A stretch of DNA of 64,000 nucleotides from Planctomycetota bacterium (GTDB taxonomy: Bacteria > Planctomycetota > UBA1135 > UBA2386). The notes under the pieces were generated by a model. That model worked only from the letters and a program-made list of their open reading frames with translations, was not told the origin of the DNA and ran no database searches. The position numbers and the translations under genes are program-made. The stretch covers positions 1,120,001-1,184,000 of the forward strand of contig JBKAGP010000001.1 in the NCBI GenBank assembly GCA_046290465.1, in the 5' to 3' direction. Below, one piece after another: positions 41,800-53,269 of the stretch (position 1 is the first letter of the stretch; the number at the start of each line of letters is the position of its first letter).

Positions 41800-43482
41800 A
41801 TGCTGTCGATCGTTCTGTCCACGCTCACCGCGCTGCCGGTCGCTCCCCAGGAGCCGCAGCCGAAGACCACCACGCGCATGCTGCCGCTGCAGCAGCTGTG
41901 CACGCCGTCGTATTCGTTCGGCTCCCCGCCGTGGGGCACCCTGATGACGACGCAGAGCGGTGGCCGGCGGCCGAACCTGGTGATGCGCGAGGACCGGGAC
42001 ACCGCGATCTCCGCCGAAGGCGTGCAGTCGGCGCTCTATCCGTTCCTGGCGCCGGCGATCGACGAAGAGCTCGTCTACCTGCAGCCGATCGGCGACAACC
42101 TGCTGGCGTTCGGCCAGCAGGACGTGGTGCAGGCGATCGAGCGACGCCTGGGCGAGGGTGCCGCGATCCTGGCGCGCCCGGTGCAGGTCGAGTTCGCGGT
42201 CTGGAACACCGACCGGTTGCCGCCGGGCACGACGCTGACCGCCGAGGACTACGCCGACTTCGCCGCCGGACGCGAACCCAACTGGCGCGCCGTCGGCACC
42301 GCGCGGCCCGGCCAGCCGATCGCGCTCGAGCACATGACCTGGACCCGCTACGTGCGCGGCATCGAGGTCGAGGTCGCGCAGAAGATCGACGTGTCGCGGC
42401 CGGCGACCAGCCGCTTCGGCGAAGGCGGCCACGTCGGCGTGCGCGCCTACTCGCTGATCGGCAGCGACGAGTTCGCCTTGCACCTGCAGTTTGCCGTGGC
42501 CGACCAGCGCGGCGGCCTGATCACGCTCAAGACCGGCAAGCAGGGCGCGGCCGACATCGAGCTGCCGCTGCTCGAGAGCTACTTCGGCACCTGCTCCGGC
42601 CGCGTCGGCAACGGCGGCGCGCTCGCGATCACGATGCGCGGCAACCCGGCCGCCGGCGGCAACGTGGTGCTGACGCTGCGCGCGCACAGCGACGCGCCCA
42701 AGGGTTCGCTGTCGGGCGGCCGTGCGGCGCTGCTGCCGATCGGCGCGCTGACCACGTCGGCACTCGACCACGTCACCAACATCCCGCGCGTCGACCGCGA
42801 CCCGGACGACACCGACCTGACCGACTTCGACGAGCGGCCGGTGTTCGGCCAGCTGCCGCGAGACCAGCTGACCGAGATGGTCGAGAGCGTGCTCGGCAAC
42901 GCCGAGGACGACTACACCCTGCACCTCGGCGGCGGCTACCTGTTCGTGCACGCCTCGGCCGACGCGATCGGCGGCGTGCGCGCCCTGCTGCAGCAACTCC
43001 AGGACGACATGATCCGCAACGTCGAGATCGAACACCGCGCGAGCACCGTCGGCGACGGCAGCCAGCCGATGCTGCACGAGCTGCGCGTGCCGACGCTGCT
43101 CGGCCGCGAGGCCAACGCGTTCCGCCTGTTCGAGACCAACGTCGTCAGCGACGTCTACGTCGAGGTCGCGCAGGAGGCCGGCAGCCTCGAACCGCGGGTG
43201 CGCCTGATGCAGTCGGGCACGTGGCTGCGCAGCCGCGTCGTGCCCGCAGGGCAAGGGCTGCACCTCGACCTCGACGTGCAGTGCACGGTCGCGCCGATGC
43301 CGCAGATGCGCAGCGTGATGCCGGACGGCGGCGTGCTGATGCAGGCCCGGGTCGCGTCGGCCCGCGTCGACTACCAGGGCACGGTCCAGGTCGGCCGCAC
43401 GCTCCCGCACGGCGACGGGCCCGACCTGCCGGGGGGCAACGATCGCCGCCGCACCGTGCTGACGACCACGTTGCGCCGCTGA
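41800..43482 (+). CDS. Exported protein with two internal secretin-like repeats
   Basis: Signal-like N-terminus; duplicated motif YVRGIEVEVAQ...P / VVSDVYVEVAQ...P, each preceded by an N-domain-like segment. Confidence 0.55.
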   Translation: MLSIVLSTLTALPVAPQEPQPKTTTRMLPLQQLCTPSYSFGSPPWGTLMTTQSGGRRPNLVMREDRDTAISAEGVQSALYPFLAPAIDEELVYLQPIGDNLLAFGQQDVVQAIERRLGEGAAILARPVQVEFAVWNTDRLPPGTTLTAEDYADFAAGREPNWRAVGTARPGQPIALEHMTWTRYVRGIEVEVAQKIDVSRPATSRFGEGGHVGVRAYSLIGSDEFALHLQFAVADQRGGLITLKTGKQGAADIELPLLESYFGTCSGRVGNGGALAITMRGNPAAGGNVVLTLRAHSDAPKGSLSGGRAALLPIGALTTSALDHVTNIPRVDRDPDDTDLTDFDERPVFGQLPRDQLTEMVESVLGNAEDDYTLHLGGGYLFVHASADAIGGVRALLQQLQDDMIRNVEIEHRASTVGDGSQPMLHELRVPTLLGREANAFRLFETNVVSDVYVEVAQEAGSLEPRVRLMQSGTWLRSRVVPAGQGLHLDLDVQCTVAPMPQMRSVMPDGGVLMQARVASARVDYQGTVQVGRTLPHGDGPDLPGGNDRRRTVLTTTLRR

Positions 43483-43558
43483 GTCAAGCCCCGGCAGACG
43501 CCAGCTCTGCCCAACCTTGCTCGTGACCCGGCCCCCCGACTTCGCTAGAAGTAGGGGG

Positions 43559-45001
43559 ATGCGACTCGGCCTGACCCAATCTCTGCGTGCAGAACAGCGA
43601 CTGATCCAGTCGCCGCAGATGATCCAGGCCATGCAGGTCCTGCAGCTGCCGCTGATCGAGCTGAAGGACCAGGTCGAGCAGGAGCTGCAGGAGAACGTCT
43701 TCCTCGAGCGCCAGGACGAGGCCGAACGCAGCGAGCCGGCGAACCTCGATTCGGACGGTGGCGACGGCGGCGACAGCGAGCCGTACGAGGATCGGCTGCA
43801 CCGCGAGTTCTCGGCCGAGATCGACCAGCTCGAGTCGCGCGTCGAGCCGAGCTGGCGGCAGCGCACCGGCACCCTCGGCACCGACGACGAGGACAAGAAG
43901 TTCGAGGCGCTGCAGAACACGCCGGGCCGGTCCACGTCGCTCGCCGAGTACCTGATGATGCAGGTGCGCACGCAGGAGAGCGACGAGGAGCTGGTCCGCG
44001 TCGTCGAGCACATCGTGTTCTCGCTCGACGAGGACGGCCGTCTGTCGGAGTCGGCCGACGCGATCTCGCAGCAGCTCGGCGTGCCGCTGCCGCTCGCCGA
44101 GGAGGCGATCGCGGTCGTGCGCGACCTCGAGCCGATCGGCGTCGGCGCGCGCGACCTGCGCGACTGCCTGCTGATGCAGCTCGACCACATGCAGTTCGTG
44201 CGGCCGCTGACCCGCCGCATCGTCGAGAACCACCTCGACGACCTGGCGATGAACAAGCTGCCGAAGATCGCCAAGGAGACCGGCTCGTCGATCGAGGACA
44301 TCAAGGAGAGCTGGGAGTTCCTGCGGTTCTCGTGCAAGCCGCACCCGGGCGCCGAGTTCAGCGCCAGTTCGTCCGCCGGCGTCGCCCCTGACGTCGTCAT
44401 CGAGGAGATCGAGGGCAGCTTCGAGGTCAAGTCGCAGCGCGGCTCGCTGCCCGAGCTGGCGATCTCGCCCGTCTACCGCAACCTGCTGCAGGAGGCCCGC
44501 AACGACCCCAAGGTCTACGACTACCTGCGCAAGAAGATCGAGGCGGCCAAGTGGTTCATCGAGGCCGTGCACCAGCGCCAGAACACCATCGAGCGGGTCG
44601 CGTCGGAGATCGTGCGCCGCCAGGAGGGGTTCCTGCGGCACGGCGTGCAGCAGCTCAAGCCGATGAAGATGCAGGACATCGCCGACGCCGTCGGCGTGCA
44701 CATCTCCACCATCAGCCGCGCGACGTCGGGCAAGTACATCCAGACGCCGCAGGGCATCTTCGACATGAAGCGCTTCTTCAGCAGCGGCACGATGTCGGAC
44801 GACGGCGCGATGGTCAGCCAGCAGGCGGTCAAGGACACCCTGCGCCAGATCGTCGACGCCGAGAACAAGGACCAGCCGCTCAGCGACGACCAGCTGGTCG
44901 AGGCGCTGGGCGAACGCGGCGTGCACATCGCGCGACGCACGGTGACCAAGTACCGCAAGGCCCTCGGCATCGAGAGCAGTTCGCGGCGCAAGCAGTTCTA
45001 G
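43559..45001 (+). CDS. rpoN: RNA polymerase sigma-54 factor
   Basis: QMIQAMQVLQL, ENVFLE, GARDLRDCL, HISTISRA, RpoN box ARRTVTKYR. Confidence 0.97.
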   Translation: MRLGLTQSLRAEQRLIQSPQMIQAMQVLQLPLIELKDQVEQELQENVFLERQDEAERSEPANLDSDGGDGGDSEPYEDRLHREFSAEIDQLESRVEPSWRQRTGTLGTDDEDKKFEALQNTPGRSTSLAEYLMMQVRTQESDEELVRVVEHIVFSLDEDGRLSESADAISQQLGVPLPLAEEAIAVVRDLEPIGVGARDLRDCLLMQLDHMQFVRPLTRRIVENHLDDLAMNKLPKIAKETGSSIEDIKESWEFLRFSCKPHPGAEFSASSSAGVAPDVVIEEIEGSFEVKSQRGSLPELAISPVYRNLLQEARNDPKVYDYLRKKIEAAKWFIEAVHQRQNTIERVASEIVRRQEGFLRHGVQQLKPMKMQDIADAVGVHISTISRATSGKYIQTPQGIFDMKRFFSSGTMSDDGAMVSQQAVKDTLRQIVDAENKDQPLSDDQLVEALGERGVHIARRTVTKYRKALGIESSSRRKQF

Positions 45002-45062
45002 AGGCTGGCAATTCTAGAGGCTGGCAGTTCTGAAGGCTGGCAGTTCTGAAGGCTGCCAGTTC
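44992..45062. repeat. 16-bp tandem repeat GCAGTTCT(AG/GA)AGGCTG, about 4.4 copies
   Basis: First copy contains the last codons and TAG of rpoN; copies at 44992, 45008, 45024, 45040, partial at 45056. Confidence 0.9.
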
Positions 45063-45071
45063 CCAGGCCGC

Positions 45072-46730
45072 TCAGCGCGCCTTGATGACCATCAGCGACA
45101 CGTCGTCGTCATGGTGGTCGCGGCCCGTGAAGCGGGCCAGTTCGTGCAGCGCGGCGTCGAGCACGTCCTTGGCCGTCCCTGCAGCGCTCTGCAGCAGCAC
45201 CTGTTCGAGGCGGTCCTCGCCGAACATCTCGAGTTCGGCGTCGGTCGCCTCGGTGATGCCGTCGGTGTACATCAGCACCACGTCGCCCGACTGCAGGTCG
45301 CCTTCGTAGCCCTCGTACTCGACGCCGGCCATGAAGCCCATCGGCGGGCCGTGCGAGTCGACCTGCTCGATCGTGCCGGTGGCAGCGCGGAAGATCATCG
45401 TCGGGTTGTGGCCGGCGCTGCACATCGACAGCTGGCCGGTCTCCTGCTCGATGCGCAGCAGCGCTGCGGTGATGAACATGCCGGTCGGGCCGACTTCGTG
45501 CGAGACCTCGCTGTTCAGCGACGCCGCCAGCTCCGGCGGCTCCAGCCAGGCCGCGTTGCCGCGGTAGTTGGCCCGGAACGACGTCATCAGCAGCGCCGAG
45601 TTGATGCCGTGGCCAGACGCGTCGGCGACGATCGCGTAGAGATCGCCGAGGTCGGACACCGTGATGTCGACGTAGTCGCCGCCGATGCTCTTGGCCGCGA
45701 GCGAATGCCAGGCGAAGTCGTAGTCGTCGTTCGGCGGCGCCTCGCTCGGCACCAGCCGCTTCTGGATGGTCTCGGCGATCTCGAGCTCGCGCTCGATCGA
45801 GACGCTGTTCTCCTTGAGCCGCTCGAGGCTCAGGCGGTGCAGCAGCGCTGCGGCAAGCTGGCCGAAGCTCTGCAGCCGGCCGTTGACGTCGCGTTGCTCG
45901 TCGATCATGGGATTGAACAGCACGCAGACGCCGGCCTGCACCCCGTGGTAGCGCAGCGGCAGCACCACCACCTGCTGCAACACCGGCGGCGCGCATTCGG
46001 CCGCGAGCCCGGCGATCGAACCGTCGGCGGCGCGCCCGACGACCTGCGCCGGTGCGTCGGCGATGCAGTCCGGCCAGGCGCCGCCATCGACCGCACGGAA
46101 CGACTCCAGCAGCGCGTCCGGCATGCCGAGCGCCTGCTGCAGCACCAGTTCGGACGCGGCGTTGCCGACCTCGTCGAGCACGTAGAGCGCGCCCGCGGTG
46201 GCGCTGACCATGCCGCTCGCCAGCGACAGCAGCCGCGCCATCAGCGCGTCCGGGTCCGGCTCCTGGAACAGCACGATGCCCTCTTCGAGCGCCTGCAGCG
46301 TCGCGCAGTACTCGTCGGTCGCCTCGCGCGCCTCGCTGTTGAGCGCGAGGTTGACCAGCGCGGTGCCGAGGTGCGTCAGCGCATCGCAGAGTTCGTCGCG
46401 CACAGGCGCAGGCGGGGCCTTTTCGAGCCACAGCTCGCCGAGCACGTGGTCGCGGAACCCGATCGGCAGGCGCTGCGCGTCCGGCAGCTGCCAGCAGGCG
46501 CGGGAGACGGCCTGCAGCGGCTTGACCGGACAGGAGTCACCGACCACCGCACGAACCACCAGCGTCTCGGCCCGGTCGTCGGCGAGGCAGATGGCGGCGT
46601 CGACGCCCGGCAACAGCTGGGCGAGGCCGTTCACGAACGCCTGCTCGAGCTCGTCCTGCGAGCGGCAGGCGTGCAGCGTCACCTGCGACGAGGCGTCGCC
46701 CCAGGGCGTTTCCGTCGGGGTCGCGGACAC
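45072..46730 (-). CDS. GAF-like domains + SpoIIE/RsbU-type PP2C phosphatase
   Basis: ELEIAETIQ, GGDYVD, ADASGHG, SAGH, YTDGITEA, DDVSL. Confidence 0.9.
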   Translation of the reverse strand: MSATPTETPWGDASSQVTLHACRSQDELEQAFVNGLAQLLPGVDAAICLADDRAETLVVRAVVGDSCPVKPLQAVSRACWQLPDAQRLPIGFRDHVLGELWLEKAPPAPVRDELCDALTHLGTALVNLALNSEAREATDEYCATLQALEEGIVLFQEPDPDALMARLLSLASGMVSATAGALYVLDEVGNAASELVLQQALGMPDALLESFRAVDGGAWPDCIADAPAQVVGRAADGSIAGLAAECAPPVLQQVVVLPLRYHGVQAGVCVLFNPMIDEQRDVNGRLQSFGQLAAALLHRLSLERLKENSVSIERELEIAETIQKRLVPSEAPPNDDYDFAWHSLAAKSIGGDYVDITVSDLGDLYAIVADASGHGINSALLMTSFRANYRGNAAWLEPPELAASLNSEVSHEVGPTGMFITAALLRIEQETGQLSMCSAGHNPTMIFRAATGTIEQVDSHGPPMGFMAGVEYEGYEGDLQSGDVVLMYTDGITEATDAELEMFGEDRLEQVLLQSAAGTAKDVLDAALHELARFTGRDHHDDDVSLMVIKAR

Positions 46731-46738
46731 GGGAATCC

Positions 46739-47620
46739 TCAGCTGCTCAGGTTGCCGAGCGCGGTGACGGCCTCTTCCATCGCCGCCGCCAGTTCGTCGC
46801 GCAGCGCGACCCAGGAGCCTTCGTCGAGGCCGACGGCCGCAAGGTCCGCGGCATCGACGTCGTTGGCCGGAACGCGATCCGGCAGGTAGCCGACGCCGAT
46901 CTCGTGGGCGACGGCGTCCGCGAGCCGCACGATCGCGACGGTGCGCGGATCGGCTGGATCGGCGTCGCCGCCGTGATGGGCCTTGATGACCTGCTGGATC
47001 TCCGGCGCGAGGTTCCACTTGGCGGTCACCAGCGCGCCCGCCTCGGTATGGTCGAGGCCGACGGTGGCGCGTTCGTGTTCGGCGATCGAGTCCTCGGTGG
47101 CGACGTCCGGACCTTCCTGCAGGTACGGAACCAGCAGCAGCTTGCCGATGTCGTGCAGCAGGCCGCCGACGAACAGTTGCTCGGCGTCGTCCGGCGACAT
47201 CCGGCACTTGCGCGCCAGCAGGCGCGACCCGGAGGCGACACAGACGGCATGCAGCCACAGGCCCTTGGGCTCGTGGCCGTACCAGCGGAAGTCGCGCTGC
47301 AGGAACTTGGCCGTGCTGGTCGCCAGCACCAGGCTGCGAACCCCGCGGAAGCCCAGCACCATGACCGCTTCCTTGATCGTGCGGATCGAGCGGTTGAGCC
47401 CGTAGAACGGGCTGTTGACCATCGCCAGCATCTTGGCAACCAGCACCTGGTCGTTCTGCAGCAGGTTCTCGAGGTCCTGCGGCTCGGTCTCCTGCTGGTT
47501 GAGCAGCCCGAGCAGGCGGGTGACGAGATCCGGCAGCGGCGGGATCAGGTCGCTCTTGTGCAGGATCTCGCGGCGAGTCTTCTCCTGCTTCGCGAGTTGG
47601 TTCAGCGACGAATGGGTCAT
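46739..47620 (-). CDS. HDOD domain protein
   Basis: IPPLP, VNSPFYG, EAVMVLG, GLLHDIGKL, DHTEAG, WNL. Confidence 0.92.
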   Translation of the reverse strand: MTHSSLNQLAKQEKTRREILHKSDLIPPLPDLVTRLLGLLNQQETEPQDLENLLQNDQVLVAKMLAMVNSPFYGLNRSIRTIKEAVMVLGFRGVRSLVLATSTAKFLQRDFRWYGHEPKGLWLHAVCVASGSRLLARKCRMSPDDAEQLFVGGLLHDIGKLLLVPYLQEGPDVATEDSIAEHERATVGLDHTEAGALVTAKWNLAPEIQQVIKAHHGGDADPADPRTVAIVRLADAVAHEIGVGYLPDRVPANDVDAADLAAVGLDEGSWVALRDELAAAMEEAVTALGNLSS

Positions 47621-47889
47621 GGCTACTCCGGGCCGTGTGTCGGCGGCCCATGTCGGGTCCTTCGTCCTGTTCCCACCCGCCACTTGACGCGCCGGATCGG
47701 TTTCTCCTCCGAAAATCTGATGGTGACGCTCCCACCGGAATCTCCCGCTGGGCGTTTCCCTGAGAAACCCCGGCTGCGCACGGATCGCCCGCCATTCGAC
47801 GGTCGCCGCCGCGGGTTTTCCCCACCAGCGATCGCAGACCGTCGCCGGCTCTTCAAGCCACCCCCGCCAACGTGTCGATAGCGGCAGTC

Positions 47890-48462
47890 ATGTGGTTCGC
47901 AAGCCCGGCTGCCCGTCCTGCTCCCGAACGTGCCCGCGTCCGCCCGCGCGGGCGGCGCCGCAGGGCCCGCAAGTCGGTGCGCTTCGCGATCGACGCGCTG
48001 CTCGGCGCGCTGCTGATGGTGACGATCCACGTGTTCGTCATCCAGGTCTCGATCGTGCGCGGCAACTCGATGGAGCCGGCGCTGCACGACGGCGACCGCC
48101 TGGTCGTCGACCGCGTCACCTACAACCTGGCCAGCGTCGGCCGCGGCGACGTCGTGGTGCTGCGCTACCCGCGCAACCCGGACGTCGACTTCGTCAAGCG
48201 CGTCGTCGCCGTTCCCGGTGACCGCGTCGCGATGCGCGCCGGCGTGCTGTTCGTCAACGGCGACGCGGCCGACGACTACGGCTGCATCCCGGACCGCGAG
48301 AGCATGAACGAGATCGTCGTGCCGAAGCACGAGTTCTTCGTGCTCGGCGACAACCGCCCGATCAGCTGCGATTCGCGCGAGTTCGGCCTGGTCGCCGAAC
48401 ACCTGATCAAGGGTCGCGTGCGGGCGCGCTTCTGGCCGCTCGGAACCGCCTCGGTCTTCTAG
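47890..48462 (+). CDS. lepB: Signal peptidase I
   Basis: GNSMEPAL, FVKRVVAVPGD, FVLGDNRPISCDSREFG. Confidence 0.93.
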   Translation: MWFASPAARPAPERARVRPRGRRRRARKSVRFAIDALLGALLMVTIHVFVIQVSIVRGNSMEPALHDGDRLVVDRVTYNLASVGRGDVVVLRYPRNPDVDFVKRVVAVPGDRVAMRAGVLFVNGDAADDYGCIPDRESMNEIVVPKHEFFVLGDNRPISCDSREFGLVAEHLIKGRVRARFWPLGTASVF

Positions 48463-48502
48463 CCGTGACCCTGCAGGCATCCGGCCTGCAGACGGCCCAT
48501 CC

Positions 48503-48757
48503 CTACAGACGGTACGTCAGACGACCGCGCGTCAGGTCGTAGGGGCTCAGCTCGACGCGGACCCGGTCGCCGATGGCGAGACGGATGCGGAACTTGCGCA
48601 GCTTGCCGCTCGGCAGGCAGATCGGCGAGTGCTCGACGTCGTCGAGGCGGACGCGCCAGCGGCCACCGCCGAGCGCTTCCAGCAGCGTGCCCTCGGCGAT
48701 GATGGCGTCTTCCTTCTGCGTGTGCGCCTCGCGGCGGTTCGGACGAGAACGGCTCAT
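48503..48757 (-). CDS. infA: Translation initiation factor IF-1
   Basis: KEDAI, SGKLRKFRIR, GDRVRVELSPYDLTRGR. Confidence 0.9.
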   Translation of the reverse strand: MSRSRPNRREAHTQKEDAIIAEGTLLEALGGGRWRVRLDDVEHSPICLPSGKLRKFRIRLAIGDRVRVELSPYDLTRGRLTYRL

Positions 48758-48949
48758 TCGGCCGCCTCACAGGGTTGGTGTTGGTTTCGTTGCACTTGTT
48801 GGTTTCTCAGGCCGGAGCCTCGGTGTGGACGAGCAGGTGGCGAACGCTCCTCCTGCTCCTCCCGGATGGACGCGGCAACCCCCATGGGGCCGACCCGTCC
48901 GCTATCGGCCGTCCACAGCGACGCGGGCAACCGATTTGGGCCTACCAGA

Positions 48950-50641
<1,692 letters not shown>

Positions 50642-50689
50642 CGGATGGCTCCAGGGTTCACAAACGTCGGGAAAGTCACATCGGGAACG

Positions 50690-51673
50690 TCACGGAGTCG
50701 CCGCGTCGGGTCGGTGCCCGCGCACGACGAACATGGAGAATTCGGCGCGCTGGCCGTTCGGGGCCTGCACGCAGTAGCGATCGGCGAGCGACTCGCTCTG
50801 CAGATCGCGGAAGCCGGCACGCGCGAGCGAACCGACGACCTGGTCCGGTTTGACGCCGAGCCGCAGGTCCCCCATGCGCTCGCGCATCCACTCGGACTCG
50901 TGCGGCATCAGGTCGGACACCACGACGAGGCCGCCGGGGGCGACCACCCGGTGCACCTCGCGCGCCGCCGCGTCGTGATCGGGCACGTGGTGCCAGACCA
51001 GGTTGGCGAACGCGGCGTGCACCTCGCCGTCTGTGAGCGGCAGCGCGTCGAGCTCGCCGCGGCGGAACTCGGCGGTGCCGACGTTGGCGCGCGCCTCGGC
51101 GAGCATGCGTTCGCTGTGGTCGACGCCGATCACCTGATCGCTGCGGCCGGCGAGCAGACCGGTCAGGAAGCCCGCACCGCAGCCGAGGTCGGCGACGCGC
51201 GGGCCGCACGGCCACGCCTGCGCCAGGATCTCCGATCGCAGCGTGCCGATCGCGAACTCCTCGCCGAGCTGTTGCCACTGGCCGGCGAGCCGGTCGTGCG
51301 CCTCGCGGCTCTTCTCGCGGCGGCGGTCGAGCACCACCTCGAGCGCGGCCAGGTCGCGCGCGCCTTCCTCCGATTGCAGGTAGGGCTCGACGGTGGCCGC
51401 GAACAGCGACGGCGACAGCGGCCCATCGACGGCCGGCTCGACCAGCGAATGGAAGCTCCAGGTGCCCTCGCGCCGGTCGCGCACGACGCCGGCCCGCTTC
51501 AGCAGCGACAGGTGGTTGCTGACCCGGCTCTGCTGCAGGCCGGTGATCGAGACCAGCTCCTGCACCGCGAGCTCGGCCCGCGCCAGCAATGCGCAGAGCC
51601 GCAAACGCAGCGGGTCCGACAGCAGCTTGAGGGTCGCATGCAGGCTGTCCAGGGTCGTGGCCATCGAGTTCAT
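50690..51673 (-). CDS. sahR: ArsR-family HTH + SAM methyltransferase-like domain regulator (SahR-like)
   Basis: LSDPLRLRL, QSRVSNHL, RREG; ADLGCGAG, GVDHSERML; directly upstream of ahcY; start 51673 or 51664. Confidence 0.85.
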   Translation of the reverse strand: MNSMATTLDSLHATLKLLSDPLRLRLCALLARAELAVQELVSITGLQQSRVSNHLSLLKRAGVVRDRREGTWSFHSLVEPAVDGPLSPSLFAATVEPYLQSEEGARDLAALEVVLDRRREKSREAHDRLAGQWQQLGEEFAIGTLRSEILAQAWPCGPRVADLGCGAGFLTGLLAGRSDQVIGVDHSERMLAEARANVGTAEFRRGELDALPLTDGEVHAAFANLVWHHVPDHDAAAREVHRVVAPGGLVVVSDLMPHESEWMRERMGDLRLGVKPDQVVGSLARAGFRDLQSESLADRYCVQAPNGQRAEFSMFVVRGHRPDAATP

Positions 51674-51677
51674 CACC

Positions 51678-51697
51678 GTATCACAACATCGTGATAT
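51678..51697. promoter_or_regulatory. Palindromic operator GTATCACAACATCGTGATAT (SahR-type)
   Basis: TATCAC-N6-GTGATA dyad, AT-rich, immediately before the regulator start. Confidence 0.75.
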
Positions 51698-51809
51698 TTC
51701 GAACCACGGATTCACGGCAAAACGGAAAAGCGGAGTCAGGGCACCCCGAGTTCGGATCCGGGTCCTCACCGATTGAGTCCCCCACGCCGACCGGGCATCG
51801 TGTTCGGCC

Positions 51810-52196
51810 ATGAACCTCGCCACCAAGACGGCCCTGCTCTCCCTGTTCCTGCTGCCCGCCTGCGAAATGCTCGGCGGCGACAGCGCCACCATGCCGAACA
51901 TCCAGGAAATGCTCGCCGGCATCACCGACGAGGCCTCGGCACAGCAGGCCAAGGGCCCGCTCGACAGCGCCGTCGCGCAGCTGAAGGCCGCGCTGGCGAC
52001 CGCCCAGGGTCAGGGCGAAGGCGAGGGCGAGGCGGCGGCCGGCGAAGGCCAGTCGATGATGCAGTCCGTGCTCGGCCAGTTCGGCATCGGCCCGGAGACC
52101 GTCGGCATGATCGAGGGCCTGATGGCCAAGCCCGAGATCCAGGCCGTGCTCGGCCAGACGCTCGAGCAGCTGAAGGGCCTCATCCCGGAGATGTAG
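51810..52196 (+). CDS. Small hypothetical lipoprotein
   Basis: Hydrophobic leader ending LPAC; GC3-rich codons. Confidence 0.7.
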   Translation: MNLATKTALLSLFLLPACEMLGGDSATMPNIQEMLAGITDEASAQQAKGPLDSAVAQLKAALATAQGQGEGEGEAAAGEGQSMMQSVLGQFGIGPETVGMIEGLMAKPEIQAVLGQTLEQLKGLIPEM

Positions 52197-52258
52197 GCCG
52201 GCGACGAGCCAGGTAAGCGGCCAGCCAGCGACGAGGCGGCCCGGCGAATACCCGGGCG

Positions 52259-53269
52259 CTACTTCACGTCCCAGATCTCGCCGGCATAGAGCAGGTCCTT
52301 CAGCGATTGCTGGGTCTGGCTCTTGGCGTGCTCGACCTGCAGGTTGACCGCCTGCTCGTAGTTGGCCTTGTCCTGGCGGCGGAACACGCCGATCGGGACC
52401 GGGAATCTGGTCTCGTCCATGGTCGCGAGCGCCATCGCCGGCGCCGGCGACTCGGCGGCCTCGTCCCAGACGAACGCCTTGCCCAGGTCGTCGCCCTCGA
52501 CGACGTAGGGCTGGAAGTTCGCGTCGAACGCGATGCCCTTGTCCTTGTTCGCGCCGAACAGCAGCGGCTTCTGGTGCTCGAGCTCGAGCATGCGTTCGCT
52601 GCGCACTTCCTTGTCGGTGAAGTGCTTGTAGGCGCCGTCGTTGAAGATATTGCAGTTCTGATAGATCTCCACCATCGCGGTGCCGCCGTGCGCGTCGGCG
52701 CGCTTGATCGTGCCCTGCAGGTGCGGCGCCAGGATGTCGACGCTGCGCGCCACGAACGTGCCGCCGGCACCGAGCGCGAGCGCGATCGGCGAGAACGGGT
52801 AGTCGAGCGAGCCCATCGGCGAACTCTTGGTGACCTTGCCCTGCGGGCTGGTCGGCGAGAACTGCCCCTTGGTCAGGCCGTAGATGCGGTTGTTGAACAT
52901 CAGGATCTTGAGCCCGACGTTGCGACGCATCGCGTGGATGAAGTGGTTGCCACCGATCGACATCGCGTCGCCGTCGCCGGTCACGACCCAGACGTCGAGG
53001 TCCGGATTGCTCAGCTTGACGCCGGTCGCGAGCGACGGGGCCCGGCCGTGGATCGTGTGGAAGCCGTAGGTCTCCATGTAGTACGGAAACCGCGAACTGC
53101 AGCCGATGCCGGAGATGATCACCGTCTCGTGCAGCTTCTTGCCGAGATCGGCGAACGCCGCCTGGACCGAGTTGAGGATCGAGTAGTCCCCGCAGCCGGG
53201 GCACCACCGCACGTCCTGGTCGCTCTTGAAGTCCTTCTTGGTCAGCTTGGGTTCGTCGACGCTGGTCAC
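52259..53269 (-). CDS. korB: 2-oxoacid:ferredoxin oxidoreductase beta subunit
   Basis: WCPGCGD, SGIGCSSR, HTIHGRA, GDGD, NNRIYGLTKGQ; GTGA overlap with the alpha subunit. Confidence 0.93.
   Translation of the reverse strand: MTSVDEPKLTKKDFKSDQDVRWCPGCGDYSILNSVQAAFADLGKKLHETVIISGIGCSSRFPYYMETYGFHTIHGRAPSLATGVKLSNPDLDVWVVTGDGDAMSIGGNHFIHAMRRNVGLKILMFNNRIYGLTKGQFSPTSPQGKVTKSSPMGSLDYPFSPIALALGAGGTFVARSVDILAPHLQGTIKRADAHGGTAMVEIYQNCNIFNDGAYKHFTDKEVRSERMLELEHQKPLLFGANKDKGIAFDANFQPYVVEGDDLGKAFVWDEAAESPAPAMALATMDETRFPVPIGVFRRQDKANYEQAVNLQVEHAKSQTQQSLKDLLYAGEIWDVK

Noticed and set aside
45072..47825. 917-aa ORF as an HDOD-phosphatase fusion
   Set aside because: HDOD is in another frame with its own stop at 46739; the phosphatase has its own GAGG and GTG at 46730
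50642..50689. SAH or SAM riboswitch upstream of ahcY
   Set aside because: The gap is only 48 bp with no recognisable aptamer; the SahR-like protein and operator explain regulation
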